Notes: generated from the sequence alone by a model not told the origin. A stretch of 63,712 bases of DNA, filler included, from an uncultured Methanosarcinales archaeon (GCA_964434885.1; 9 parts of 9 records of this genome joined end to end with filler, not necessarily neighbours in it), one strand, 5' to 3'. Shown: positions 1-10,447, numbered from the whole stretch's first letter. A program made the numbers and translations.

Positions 1-11
1 GAGGTAATAGA

Positions 12-377
12 ATGGCTAGAAAAGGAGTAGTTAATAAATTAATTGCCTATGCTTTTACAATTGGAGTATTGATTGCATTGGTATTGGGTTTGATTTCTAC
101 AATGGTGCCAAAAACGGTTTCTCCATACCTAACTAGTTTGTTAATACTAGCTGGAATTGTAGTAGGATTCTTCAACATTACACCGAAAGAAGCAGAAAGC
201 TACGTTTTGTTCGTAACCGCAATTGTAGTAGTTACTAGTTTAAGTAAAGGTTCTTTTGCAGCAGTACAATATGTAGGAACATACTTAGAAAGTGTTTTGG
301 CAAGTATTATGGCTTTTATCGTACCATCTGTAGTTGTAGTTGGTCTGAAAACCATTATTAATTTAGCTAAAGATTAA
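12..377 (+). CDS. Small 4-TM membrane protein, unknown function
   Basis: 121 aa with four hydrophobic segments; GAGGT SD-like motif at 1-5; T-rich tract after the stop. Confidence 0.8.
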   Translation: MARKGVVNKLIAYAFTIGVLIALVLGLISTMVPKTVSPYLTSLLILAGIVVGFFNITPKEAESYVLFVTAIVVVTSLSKGSFAAVQYVGTYLESVLASIMAFIVPSVVVVGLKTIINLAKD

Positions 378-439
378 TTTTTTTTCTTTTTTTATTTTCC
401 CAATACTTTTTTAAAGGTTAACTGAATTCTGGAATATAT

Positions 440-2614
440 ATGACTGAATTGATAATTACAGAGAAACCAAGTTCAGCCCGAAAAGTAGCCGCTGCTTTGG
501 CAGATAAAGCTCCCCAGTTAAAGAAAAATAAAAAGTGTTCTTACTTTGAATTAACTCATAATAAAAAGAAGATTATTGTTGCTTCTGCCGTTGGTCATTT
601 GTATGGGTTAGTTGAAGATAAGAAAAAAGGTTGGAGCTACCCCGTATTTGAAATTAAATGGGAAGCTTCTCACAAAGCCCATAAAGATTTAACTTATGTA
701 AAGGATTATATTGATACAATTGGAAAATTAGCTAAAAAGGCAACTGAATTTACCATTGCTTGCGACTATGATATTGAAGGAGAAGTTATTGGACTAAATA
801 TTATCAGATATGCTTGTAATCAAAAAGATGGTCATCGAATGAAATTTTCTACTTTAACTAAAGGGGATTTAATTAAATCTTATGAGAAGAAATTAAAGCA
901 TTTAGATTGGGGTCAAGCCCATGCCGGAGAAACTAGGCATAAACTAGATTGGTTTTATGGAATTAATTTATCTCGGGCCCTAACTGCTTCTGTTAAAGCA
1001 GCAGGATCTTTTAAGATTATGTCTGCTGGTCGGGTGCAAGGACCTGCTTTAAAATTATTAGTTGATCGAGAAAGAGAAATTCAGAAATTTAAACCGGAGC
1101 CATTTTGGTTGATTAAACTAGATGGATTATATAAAAAGAATAAAGTTGAAGCTTGGCATAAGAAAGATAAGATTTTTGATAAAAAGTTAATGCAAAGTAT
1201 TATCAAAAAAGTAAAAGGGCAAAAAGAAGCAGAAATTAAAAAGATTAAAAGGACAAAAAGAAATCAAGCCCCACCATTTCCATTTGATTTAACTTCTTTG
1301 CAATCTGAATCATATAATCATTTTCATATTACTCCAAAAGAAACATTGGCTTTAGCTCAAAGTTTATATTTAGCTGGGGTTACTTCTTATCCAAGAACTT
1401 CTTCTCAACAATTAGATCCTAAATTAGGATTTAAGAAAATATTAACAGATTTGGCAAAGCAGCCAACTTATCAAGTGATGTGTCAAGAAATTTTAAAAAC
1501 TAAATTACAGCCAAATAATGGAAAGAAAACTGATCCTGCGCACCCAGCGATTTATCCAACTGGACATACCCCTAAAAATCTAAAACCAAAAGAGAAAAAA
1601 GTTTATGATTTAATTGTAAAAAGATTTATGGCTACTTTTGCAGAACCGGCTGTGCGTGAGACCATGGAAGTTTCTTTAGATGTAAAAGAAGAACTTTTTA
1701 TTGCTAAAGGCACTAGAACAGTAGAAGAAAACTGGCATGTTTTCTACAAACCATATGTGAAATTAGAAGAAGTTACTTTACCAGATATGAAAGAAGGGGA
1801 ACAAGTTAAAATTAAAAAAATTGAAAAGTTGGATAAAGAAACACAACCCCCCAAACGATTTAATCAATCATCTATTATTAAAGAACTTGAGAAACGCGGG
1901 TTGGGGACTAAAGCTACTCGAGCTGATATTTTAGATAGATTGTTTAAACGAGATTATATTGAAGGGATACAAATTAAAGTAACAAAATTAGGGATGGAAA
2001 CAATTACTATTTTAGAAAAATATGCCCACACTATTGTAGAAGAAGAATTGACTGCTGAATTTGAAAAAGATATGGAAGAAATTCGAAAAGGAAAAGGAAA
2101 ACCAAAAATAGTGTTAGAGAAAGCGAAAAAGATTTTGACTTCATTATTAAAAGATTTTAAGAAAAAAGAAAAGAATATTGGGAAAGAAATATTAAAATCA
2201 GTACGAGAAACTCAAGAAATTCAAAATTATATTGGAACTTGTCACAAATGCAAAGATGGAAAATTAACGATTAAATTTGGGAAGTTTGGTAAATTTATTG
2301 CTTGTGATAAATACCCTGATTGTAAAGCAACATATAAAATTCCTCATTCCGGGTTAATAAAACATTCAGATAAAATTTGTGAGGATTGTAAGTTTCCTAA
2401 AATTCAAATTATTCAAAAAGGAAAAAGACCACAAGTAAGATGTATTAATCCAGATTGCAAAAGTAAAGTGCATGCCGATAAGAAAGCACATAAAAAAGAA
2501 GGAAAACCATGTCCTAAATGTAAAGAAGGGAAAATAGTAATGAGAAAAAGTTTCTATGGTGAATTTTTAGCTTGTGATGCTTTTCCTAAATGTCGGTATA
2601 CTGAGAGAGTTTAG
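440..2614 (+). CDS. topA: DNA topoisomerase I (type IA) with C-terminal Zn ribbons
   Basis: Toprim IITEKPS and DYDIEGE; SAGRVQ; catalytic SYPRT; HPAIYPT; three CxxC..C..C ribbons. Confidence 0.97.
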   Translation: MTELIITEKPSSARKVAAALADKAPQLKKNKKCSYFELTHNKKKIIVASAVGHLYGLVEDKKKGWSYPVFEIKWEASHKAHKDLTYVKDYIDTIGKLAKKATEFTIACDYDIEGEVIGLNIIRYACNQKDGHRMKFSTLTKGDLIKSYEKKLKHLDWGQAHAGETRHKLDWFYGINLSRALTASVKAAGSFKIMSAGRVQGPALKLLVDREREIQKFKPEPFWLIKLDGLYKKNKVEAWHKKDKIFDKKLMQSIIKKVKGQKEAEIKKIKRTKRNQAPPFPFDLTSLQSESYNHFHITPKETLALAQSLYLAGVTSYPRTSSQQLDPKLGFKKILTDLAKQPTYQVMCQEILKTKLQPNNGKKTDPAHPAIYPTGHTPKNLKPKEKKVYDLIVKRFMATFAEPAVRETMEVSLDVKEELFIAKGTRTVEENWHVFYKPYVKLEEVTLPDMKEGEQVKIKKIEKLDKETQPPKRFNQSSIIKELEKRGLGTKATRADILDRLFKRDYIEGIQIKVTKLGMETITILEKYAHTIVEEELTAEFEKDMEEIRKGKGKPKIVLEKAKKILTSLLKDFKKKEKNIGKEILKSVRETQEIQNYIGTCHKCKDGKLTIKFGKFGKFIACDKYPDCKATYKIPHSGLIKHSDKICEDCKFPKIQIIQKGKRPQVRCINPDCKSKVHADKKAHKKEGKPCPKCKEGKIVMRKSFYGEFLACDAFPKCRYTERV

Positions 2615-4833
2615 AATTCTTTTAGGTTGATAAATACTGGTTCTGTCATTTTCTCTTGCCAATTTAGGTTTTTAAATTCTTTGTGGGGGGCAGCCATTAC
2701 TACAGCATCAACTTGGTTAATTTCATCCCAAGTGTAGTTTTTGACGCCGAATTCATTTTGGACAAAATTATCTTCAAGTAAGTGATCGTGAGCAATAACT
2801 TCAATACCATACTCTTGTAATTCTTTGATTAGATATTTAGTACGACTATTTCGGTGATCTTTAACATCTGGTTTGAAAGTTAAACCCATGATTAATACCT
2901 TACTATTCTTGATAACTTTCCCTTTTTGATTTAATTTTTTGATAATTTTTTCAGCAACAAACTTGTGCATGTTATCATTAATTCTTCTTCCGGCTAAAAT
3001 TACTTCTGGATGATAACCTAACTCTTCAGCTTTGTAAGTTAAATAATAAGGATCAGTAGGAATACAATGACCTCCCACTAATCCAGGAGTATAATTGTGC
3101 CAATTCCATTTTGTTCCGGCTGCTTCGAGAACATCTTTCGTTTTAATATTCATTTTATCAAAAATAATAGCAAGTTCATTCATCAAAGCAATATTTAGGT
3201 CTCGTTGAACATTTTCAATTACTTTGGCTGCTTCGGCAGTTTTGATATTGGGGGCTTGATGAACTCCTGCCTTGACAATAGTGTTGTAAATTTGGGAAAT
3301 TTTTTTTAGTGATTCTTGATCTTCTCCAGAAACAATTTTGATAACATTAGTTAAATTATGTTCATTATCTCCAGGATTAATTCGTTCCGGAGAATAACCC
3401 ATTTTGAAATCTGTATTTTGTTTTAACCCAGAAAATTTTTCTAAAATAGGGATGCAAATTTCTTCTGTGCATCCAGGAAAAACTGTGCTTTCATATACAA
3501 TTATGGAATTGGGACTTAGGTTTTTACCAACTAGTTCACTAGCACTTTTAACATATTTTAAATCTGGTTTTTTAACATTATCAATTGGAGTTGGAACACA
3601 AATAATGATAAAATTACTCTCTTTTATTTTTATTGGATCTGCGGTGAATTCAACTTGACAGTTTCTTAAAGAGTCTTCACTAGTTTCATTGGTTGTATCT
3701 TGATTATTGGTTAATTCTTGAATTCTTTTTTCACTAACATCAAAACCAATCGTGGAGAAATGTTTGCTAAATTCTACTGCCAATGGTAAACCAACATAAC
3801 CTAACCCAACAACGCAGATTTTAGTGTTCTTAGTTGTTTCATCTTTTTTATTTGGTTGATTGGTTGATAAAGTATTAGCGGGAACTAATTCTGAACTATT
3901 CATCTCTTGTTGTAAGTGAGCAATAGTTCTTCTTAAGCCTTCTTCAAAATCAACTTCTACTTGATAATTCAAATATTGTTTTGCTAAACCAATATCCGCC
4001 AAAGAATGTTTAACATCTCCAGTTCTAAAATCAGCAAAGTTAGGGGGAATATCTTTTCCAATAATTTGGTTGATTTGTTGGACTAATTGTTTTAATGAGT
4101 ATCTTGAACCACAGGCAACATTGAATGCTTTTCCTCCTGCCCCTTGTGCTTGACAAGCATTTAGATTAGCTTCAACTACATTTTGGATATAAGTAAAATC
4201 TCTCGAAGTTTCTCCATCACCATAAATTGTGGGTTGGCGATTATTTAAAATTGCTTTAATAAATTTAGGAATTACAGCAGAATATTCTGAATCAGGATCT
4301 TGTCTTGGTCCAAAGATATTAAAATATCTTAACCCAATTGTCTCTAAACCATACAATTTATGGAAAAGTTTTCCATAATACTCCCCTTGTACTTTTTGAG
4401 AAGCATATGGGGAGAGTGGATTGTAAGACATAGTTTCTATTTTAGGTAATGTTTCTGAATCTCCATAAATAGAACTGGATGAAGCATAGATTACTCTTTT
4501 AACTTTGCAATCTCTAGCTGCAATAAAAACATTAAGAGTTCCTTGAATATTAGCTTCATTGGTTTTTATTGGATTAGCCACACTTCTGGGAACAGAAGGA
4601 ATAGCTGCTTGATGTAAAACATAATCGATATTTTGGAATTCTTTTTTTAGTAATTCTAAGTCGGTGATTGATCCTTCTACAAATTTAATCTGGTTTAAGA
4701 AAGGCTTGATATTATTAAGATTGCCCGTGGAAAGGTTATCGATGACAACTACTTCTTCATTTCTTTTAACTAATTCTTCTACTAAGTGAGAACCAATAAA
4801 ACCTGCTCCCCCAGTGATTAGATATCTGGTCAT
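2611..4833 (-). CDS. Fusion: NDP-sugar (UDP-GlcNAc-type) 4-epimerase, WbpP/TviC-like + UDP-HexNAc 6-dehydrogenase, WbpO/TviB-like
   Basis: N-terminal GGAGFIGS, YASQK, LRYFNIFGPRQDP; C-terminal GLGYVGLPLA, YSPERINPG, AKVIENVQRD, PGLVGGHCI. Confidence 0.9.
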   Translation of the reverse strand: MTRYLITGGAGFIGSHLVEELVKRNEEVVVIDNLSTGNLNNIKPFLNQIKFVEGSITDLELLKKEFQNIDYVLHQAAIPSVPRSVANPIKTNEANIQGTLNVFIAARDCKVKRVIYASSSSIYGDSETLPKIETMSYNPLSPYASQKVQGEYYGKLFHKLYGLETIGLRYFNIFGPRQDPDSEYSAVIPKFIKAILNNRQPTIYGDGETSRDFTYIQNVVEANLNACQAQGAGGKAFNVACGSRYSLKQLVQQINQIIGKDIPPNFADFRTGDVKHSLADIGLAKQYLNYQVEVDFEEGLRRTIAHLQQEMNSSELVPANTLSTNQPNKKDETTKNTKICVVGLGYVGLPLAVEFSKHFSTIGFDVSEKRIQELTNNQDTTNETSEDSLRNCQVEFTADPIKIKESNFIIICVPTPIDNVKKPDLKYVKSASELVGKNLSPNSIIVYESTVFPGCTEEICIPILEKFSGLKQNTDFKMGYSPERINPGDNEHNLTNVIKIVSGEDQESLKKISQIYNTIVKAGVHQAPNIKTAEAAKVIENVQRDLNIALMNELAIIFDKMNIKTKDVLEAAGTKWNWHNYTPGLVGGHCIPTDPYYLTYKAEELGYHPEVILAGRRINDNMHKFVAEKIIKKLNQKGKVIKNSKVLIMGLTFKPDVKDHRNSRTKYLIKELQEYGIEVIAHDHLLEDNFVQNEFGVKNYTWDEINQVDAVVMAAPHKEFKNLNWQEKMTEPVFINLKEF

Positions 4834-5786
4834 TTTTCATGAATATTTATTTTATACCAATCTACAAATTTTTTGAGCCCTTCATTTAAAGAAACTTTCG
4901 GTTGGTAATTTAATAATCTCTGAGCTTTAGAAATATCTGCATAAGTAATCATTACATCTCCGGGAGGAATGGGTTTCTCAATAATTTGAGCTTCTTTTCC
5001 AATATGGTTTTCCAAGGTAGTGATAAATTCATTTAATTTGATAGGAGTAGAATTTCCTAAGTTGATTATTTCAAAGCGGAAGTTTTTATCTAAAGCAGAA
5101 ATTATGCCTTCGACGATATCACCAATATAAGTGTAATCTCGAGCAGTAGAACCATCACCATAACGTTGGATTGGTTGCCCTTCAAAAATTAATTTAGTAA
5201 ATTTATAAGGTGCCATATCTGGTCTACCGCGAGGACCATACACTGTAAAGAATCTTAAACAAGTAGTGTTGAGTTTGTGAATATGACTAAAAGTGTGGAT
5301 CATTAATTCGCAAGATTTTTTCGTAGCAGCGTAAGGAGAAATTGGAAAATCAACTTTGTCTTCTTCACTAAAAGGGGTTTTTTGGTTGTTTCCATAAACA
5401 CTTGAAGAAGAAGCAAAAATGAAATTTTGAATTTTAAAATCTTTAGCTAGTTCTAATAAATTCATAGTGGCTAAATTATTGTCTGCTTGAAATTCTTGAG
5501 GGAATTGTAAAGAATGTCTAACTCCCGCTTTAGCGGCGATGTGAATAATCTTATCGATATGTTCGTGAATGAAAACTTCTTTGAGTTTTGTTTTGTTTTT
5601 AATATCTAAATAATAAAGTTTGAAATTAGGATTGTGTTGATGGTGGACAATGTTCTGTTTTTTTCTAGAAGGGCTGTAATAATCATTAAAATTATCTAGG
5701 CAAACTACCTGGTCTCCCCTTTGTAATAAAGCATCACAAAGATGACTACCAATAAAACCTGCTCCCCCAGTAACCAACACTTTCAT
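4830..5786 (-). CDS. NAD-dependent epimerase (UDP-glucuronate 4-epimerase-like)
   Basis: GGAGFIGS, AAKAGVR, YAATKK, LRFFTVYGPRGRPDMA; ATG at 5786 preferred over TTG at 5801. Confidence 0.88.
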   Translation of the reverse strand: MKVLVTGGAGFIGSHLCDALLQRGDQVVCLDNFNDYYSPSRKKQNIVHHQHNPNFKLYYLDIKNKTKLKEVFIHEHIDKIIHIAAKAGVRHSLQFPQEFQADNNLATMNLLELAKDFKIQNFIFASSSSVYGNNQKTPFSEEDKVDFPISPYAATKKSCELMIHTFSHIHKLNTTCLRFFTVYGPRGRPDMAPYKFTKLIFEGQPIQRYGDGSTARDYTYIGDIVEGIISALDKNFRFEIINLGNSTPIKLNEFITTLENHIGKEAQIIEKPIPPGDVMITYADISKAQRLLNYQPKVSLNEGLKKFVDWYKINIHEK

Positions 5787-5848
5787 AGGAGAAATGGACA
5801 ATTGTTCTTCTTTTAAAGGTTGTGATACTGGAGAATAGAAATCTGTTG

Positions 5849-7150
5849 TTATTTCCTGCCTACACCAAAGTATTCAAAGCCATCTTCTTTGATCATTTCT
5901 GGTTCGTAGATGTTTCGGCCATCGAAAACAATCTTGTTTTTCATGTTTTCTGAAAGTTTTAAAAAGTCTACATTGCGAAATTCATCCCATTCAGTTACTA
6001 AAATAATGGCTTCACTATCAACTACTGATTTTTCTACTGATTCACAATAAGTAATTTGGTCTCCGATTTCTTTTTGCACTTCTTCATGAGCAACTGGGTC
6101 ATAAGCTTTGATATTGGCACCAGCAGCTAGTAGTTTTTTAATTAGAATTAAAGAAGAGGCCTCACGAATATCACTGGTTTTTGGTTTGAAACTTAAACCC
6201 CAAATGGTAAATGATTTTCCAGATAAATCTCCAAATTTAGTTTTTATTTGTTCAAATAAAAAACTTTTTTGTTTTTCGTTGACATCATCTACTTGCTGCA
6301 AGAGAGTAGCTGTGTATCCATGTTGATGAGCAGCATTAATTAAAGCGCGAACATCTTTGGGAAAACAACTACCTCCATAACCTGCTCCAGGATTAAGGAA
6401 TTTTGGACTAATCCGATAATCCATACCCATTGCTTGAGAAACTAATTTTACATCCGCGCCAACCTTATCACAAATATTAGCTAATTCATTAATAAAACTG
6501 ATTTTGGTAGCGAGAAATGAATTGTTAGCATATTTAATAGTCTCTGCTGTTTCCCAATCTGTTTCTAGAACTGGAATGTAAGTACGAACTCGACCAGTGT
6601 AAATTTTTCTTAAAAGATTGTAAGCCTCATTAGTGGTGGCTCCAACAACTATTTTGTCAGGATGGTTAAAATCATGTACTGCTTTACCTTCTGCTAAAAA
6701 TTCTGGATTAGAAACTACCTCTACTTGTGAAGCAGGGTTGGTGTTCTTAATTAACTCAGTACATTTTCTGGCGGTGCCAGGAGGAACAGTGCTTTTATTA
6801 ATCAAAATCTTGTAACCATCTGCTAATTTTCCAACTGTTTCTGCTACTTTGAAAACATAACTCAAATCAGCAGAACCATCTTCTTTTCCAGGAGTACCCA
6901 CACAATTAAAAATAGCATCTTGAAAGCGAACTCCCGATTCTATATCTGTTGTGAATTTTAAACGACCTTTTTCTTTGTTTTTTTGAACTAGTTCTTTTAG
7001 TCCTGGTTCGTAAAAAGGAATTTCTCCGTTGTTTAGTTTGTCTATTTTGGTTTGATCAATATCAACACAAGTAATTTCATGACCTAAATTAGCCAAACAA
7101 GCACCAGTTGTTAAACCCACATATCCACTTCCAAAAACACCAATTTTCAT
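5849..7150 (-). CDS. ugd: UDP-glucose 6-dehydrogenase family protein
   Basis: GSGYVGL, KSTVPPGT, SNPEFLAEG, GYGGSCFPKD, DGRN. Confidence 0.92.
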   Translation of the reverse strand: MKIGVFGSGYVGLTTGACLANLGHEITCVDIDQTKIDKLNNGEIPFYEPGLKELVQKNKEKGRLKFTTDIESGVRFQDAIFNCVGTPGKEDGSADLSYVFKVAETVGKLADGYKILINKSTVPPGTARKCTELIKNTNPASQVEVVSNPEFLAEGKAVHDFNHPDKIVVGATTNEAYNLLRKIYTGRVRTYIPVLETDWETAETIKYANNSFLATKISFINELANICDKVGADVKLVSQAMGMDYRISPKFLNPGAGYGGSCFPKDVRALINAAHQHGYTATLLQQVDDVNEKQKSFLFEQIKTKFGDLSGKSFTIWGLSFKPKTSDIREASSLILIKKLLAAGANIKAYDPVAHEEVQKEIGDQITYCESVEKSVVDSEAIILVTEWDEFRNVDFLKLSENMKNKIVFDGRNIYEPEMIKEDGFEYFGVGRK

Positions 7151-7899
7151 TCTTCTTTCCTTCTTTTTTCATAATATTTACTGGCTTCTTCTAAACCTTC
7201 AAAACTACCAATATCAAACCAATATTCATTGAAAATAAAACCATGTAAGTTGCTTCGGTCAGCTAACCATTTAGCTAAATCTCCTGGGTTGTCCCAGCTT
7301 TCATTGTTTTGAATATATTCACTAATTTTTTTGATATCTTTTGCTGAAAAAATATAACAACAAGTAGCAGCTAAAGTACTTTGTGGGTGGGCTGGTTTCT
7401 CTTCAAAATTAGTAACTCTTTTGTTTTCGTCTAAAATACCTACTCCTAAACGATTAGCTACTTTTTCTTTTTTCTTTAAATCACAAAATGCTAAAACACT
7501 AGATTCTTTTTCTCTGAAATATTTTAAAAATTCTCTAAGACTAAAACCAAATAAATTATCTCCAGCAATCATCAAAACATCATCATTAAGAGTTTCTTCT
7601 TTGATAACAAATCCTAAATCTCCTACTGCACCTAAACGATCTTCATTCTTTAAAGTGCCATCATTGATTACTTTAATTTTTTTATCATAATTACAATTTC
7701 TTAACCAGTTTTGAAACATAGGATAGAATTTGTGATTAGTAACAACAAAGATTTCATCTACTTCATCTACTTTACTGATTTTGTCTACAATATGTTCGAC
7801 AATTGGCTTTTCTCCAACACTAAGTAAAGGTTTAGGTTGGTTTTCAGTTAAAGGATATAATCTGGTTGCATAACCTGCACAAAGGACGATTGCTTTCAT
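7147..7899 (-). CDS. Sugar-phosphate nucleotidyltransferase
   Basis: LCAGYATRLYPLT..PKPLL, GDNLF, FEEKP, WFDIG. Confidence 0.9.
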   Translation of the reverse strand: MKAIVLCAGYATRLYPLTENQPKPLLSVGEKPIVEHIVDKISKVDEVDEIFVVTNHKFYPMFQNWLRNCNYDKKIKVINDGTLKNEDRLGAVGDLGFVIKEETLNDDVLMIAGDNLFGFSLREFLKYFREKESSVLAFCDLKKKEKVANRLGVGILDENKRVTNFEEKPAHPQSTLAATCCYIFSAKDIKKISEYIQNNESWDNPGDLAKWLADRSNLHGFIFNEYWFDIGSFEGLEEASKYYEKRRKEE

Positions 7900-8054
7900 T
7901 TGGAATCACCTATTTTACTCTTTTTTTTAAATGTTTTAATTAAATATTTATTTGTAATTCTTTTTAAAAAGTTTGTGGAAGATTAAGAGAGAATAGTGAA
8001 GTAGATTATGAGAAAAAAAATATTGAATTTTAGTCTCTTGGCCACTAATCATTT

Positions 8055-8100
8055 AAGATATAAAGAAAAGGTGGAAATAAAGATATAAAGAAAAGGTGGA
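8055..8100. repeat. 21-bp direct repeat AAGATATAAAGAAAAGGTGGA (8055-8075 and 8080-8100) duplicating the 5S 3' end and its T-rich trailer
   Basis: Exact repeat read directly from the sequence. Confidence 0.85.
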
Positions 8101-8206
8101 CAGCTTACTTGGTTTCCCGCGTAATGCAGTACACCCAAATACGGAAGCGCGTTTAACTTCTGTGTGCGGAATGGGAACAGGTGAACCACGCCCCTATGGC
8201 CGTCCA
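8095..8206 (-). rRNA. rrf: 5S rRNA, standalone, about 112 nt
   Basis: Minus strand reads TGGACGGCCATAG...CCTGTTCCCATTCCGCACACAGAAGTTAA...AGCTGTCCACC; terminal helix TGGACGGC/GCTGTCCA. Confidence 0.93.
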
Positions 8207-8329
8207 TTAGGTTCAAAATTAACTTCATTTAAAAAGATTTCGGGTTAAACTGACCACTATCTTCTAAAACACATAATCCACAATATACTTCCATAATTAT
8301 TATAAATATCCATTCATTATTAATTAAAA

Positions 8330-9070
8330 ATGAAAATCCAAAACAAAAAAGTAATTATTGCTGATGTTGATGAAACTATTTGTGAAAGCTGCCAACAAAT
8401 TTCACCAGAAATGGCTGAACAAATTGATACATTAATTCAAAAAGGTTTCCAATTTGCTTTTATCAGTGGTACTGGTGCTGACTTCCTACAAAAAATGATT
8501 TCTTCTAGATTAAAAGAAAAACATTTTATTTTAGCTACTACTGGTACAACTTGTGTTGAAATTAATCCAAATTCAGAACCTCAGTTAATCTACAAACACT
8601 CATTAAGTCCTGAAGAAGTTTTTGAATTAATGACTGCTTTTGAAAAATTAGTTACTAAATTTGAAGTGCATTCCTTAACTACTAAAGAAGATCAAATTCA
8701 AAATCGAGAAACTCAAGTTACTCTTTCTGCTATTGGTCGGCATGCCCCAAGTAATCTTAAAGCAGAATATGATTCTGACGGAAGTAAAAGAAAAATTTGG
8801 GTAGAATATTTAAAAACTTTAATTGATCCAGAAAAATATGAAATTACTATTGGAGGTACTACTTCAGTAGATATCACCAAAAAAGGTTTAGATAAAGCAT
8901 GGGGGATTAAAAAATTTGCCCAACAATATAATATTCAGTTAGATACAGTCTTATTCTTTGGAGATAAAACCTACCCTGGTGGAAATGATTATCCTGCCAC
9001 AACAATTGTTGATTATATCACTGTTAAAAATCCTGAAGATACATTAACTAAATTTAAAGAATTGTTCTAA
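8330..9070 (+). CDS. HAD-IIB hydrolase, eukaryotic-type phosphomannomutase-like
   Basis: DVDET motif I, ISG, GGTTSVD, DKAWG, FFGDKTYPGGNDY. Confidence 0.8.
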   Translation: MKIQNKKVIIADVDETICESCQQISPEMAEQIDTLIQKGFQFAFISGTGADFLQKMISSRLKEKHFILATTGTTCVEINPNSEPQLIYKHSLSPEEVFELMTAFEKLVTKFEVHSLTTKEDQIQNRETQVTLSAIGRHAPSNLKAEYDSDGSKRKIWVEYLKTLIDPEKYEITIGGTTSVDITKKGLDKAWGIKKFAQQYNIQLDTVLFFGDKTYPGGNDYPATTIVDYITVKNPEDTLTKFKELF

Positions 9071-9077
9071 AAATAAA

Positions 9078-9177
9078 NNNNNNNNNNNNNNNNNNNNNNN
9101 NNNNNNNNNNNNNNNNNNNNNTTAATTAATTAANNNNNNNNNNNNNNNNNNNNNNNNNNNNNNNNNNNNNNNNNNNN
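9078..9177. other. Artificial contig linker; others at 17176-17275, 25137-25236, 32856-32955, 40151-40250, 47441-47540, 54488-54587, 61439-61538
   Basis: Identical N44-TTAATTAATTAA-N44 spacer that puts stops in all six frames. Confidence 0.99.
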
Positions 9178-10394
9178 GGGAAAACCCTTTAGAATTGAAT
9201 AGTAATCTCAACAGAAAACAATTAGATGAAATAAGAGAAGGGTGGGATTTACTTCTTGACATTGATTGTAAGATTTTTGAATATAGTAAAATTTGTGCTA
9301 TTTTAATAATAAGATTTCTTAAGTATTGTGGGGTAAAAGATATTTCTTGTAAGTTTTCAGGAGGAAAAGGTTTCCACATTGGTGTTCCTTTCGAAGCGTT
9401 TCCTAGCAGGATTAAAGATACTGAAACTAGGTTGTTGTTCCCAGAAGCACCAAAGAAAATTGCTTTTTACATCAAAGAAAACATCAAAGAAGAACTAGGA
9501 AAGAGAATTTTAGAATTAGAAAAAGGTGATTTTGGTCAAGTTAAAAAAAAGACTGAATTAGACAAAGAGATCATCCGTTACGAAAAGAATGAATTTGGTG
9601 ACCAAGTAGCTAAATTAGAAGCAGAACCTTTTTTAGAGATTGACACAATCTTAATTGCTTCTAGACATTTATACAGAATGCCTTACTCTTTACATGAAGG
9701 TAGTGGTTTAGCTTCAGTTGTAATTGATCCAGAAAAAGTTGCAGAATTTGAAAAAGACATGGCCAGACCAGAAATTGTAAAACCTCACAAATTAAAAATT
9801 ATGAATCGAGATGTAAAAGAAAGCGCCAGTAGGTTATTATTACAATCTTTTGATTTTGAAGTAAATCCCGATGAAATTGATTATGAACCAGATATCAAAA
9901 AAGATTTTGAAGAAATAAAAATAGAGAGTGCTATCAAAGAAGAATTCTTCCCCCCTTGTATCAAAAAACTTCTCGAAGGTATTGTTGATGGAAGAAAAAG
10001 AGGAGTTTTCATTTTAATAAATTTTTTAGGAAAGATTGGTTGGGAGAAAAAAGAAATTGAACAATATCTTTTGAAATGGAATAAAGAAAAGAACACGGAA
10101 CCATTACGAGAGAATTACATTACTGGGCAATTAAGATACTTTAAACCCGGAGAAAAACTTCCCCCTAATTGTAGTAATGAAGGGTATTACAAAGGAATGG
10201 GTATTTGCTTACCTGATAATCTATGTAAAAAGATAAAAAATCCTGTTAATTACACAATTGTTAAGTGGAAATGGAGAGATAGAAAACAAGAACAGAAAGA
10301 AAAAAAGAAAATAAATAAAAACAAACCAAAAGAAAATCAACAACCACAACCATTAAAAGAATCATCCGAAAAAAACAATTCTAATAATTTGTAA
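9178..10394 (+). CDS. Single-chain DNA primase (PriS catalytic domain + PriL C-terminal Fe-S domain), 5' partial
   Basis: DLLLDID, FSGGKGFH, RMPYSLH, then FPPCI, PPNC and C..C ligands; frame is open back to the contig edge. Confidence 0.88.
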
Positions 10395-10447
10395 CTACTA
10401 CAAAGAAGCGAAAGTTTTTTATAAGACCCCCAATTATTCTATTTAAA

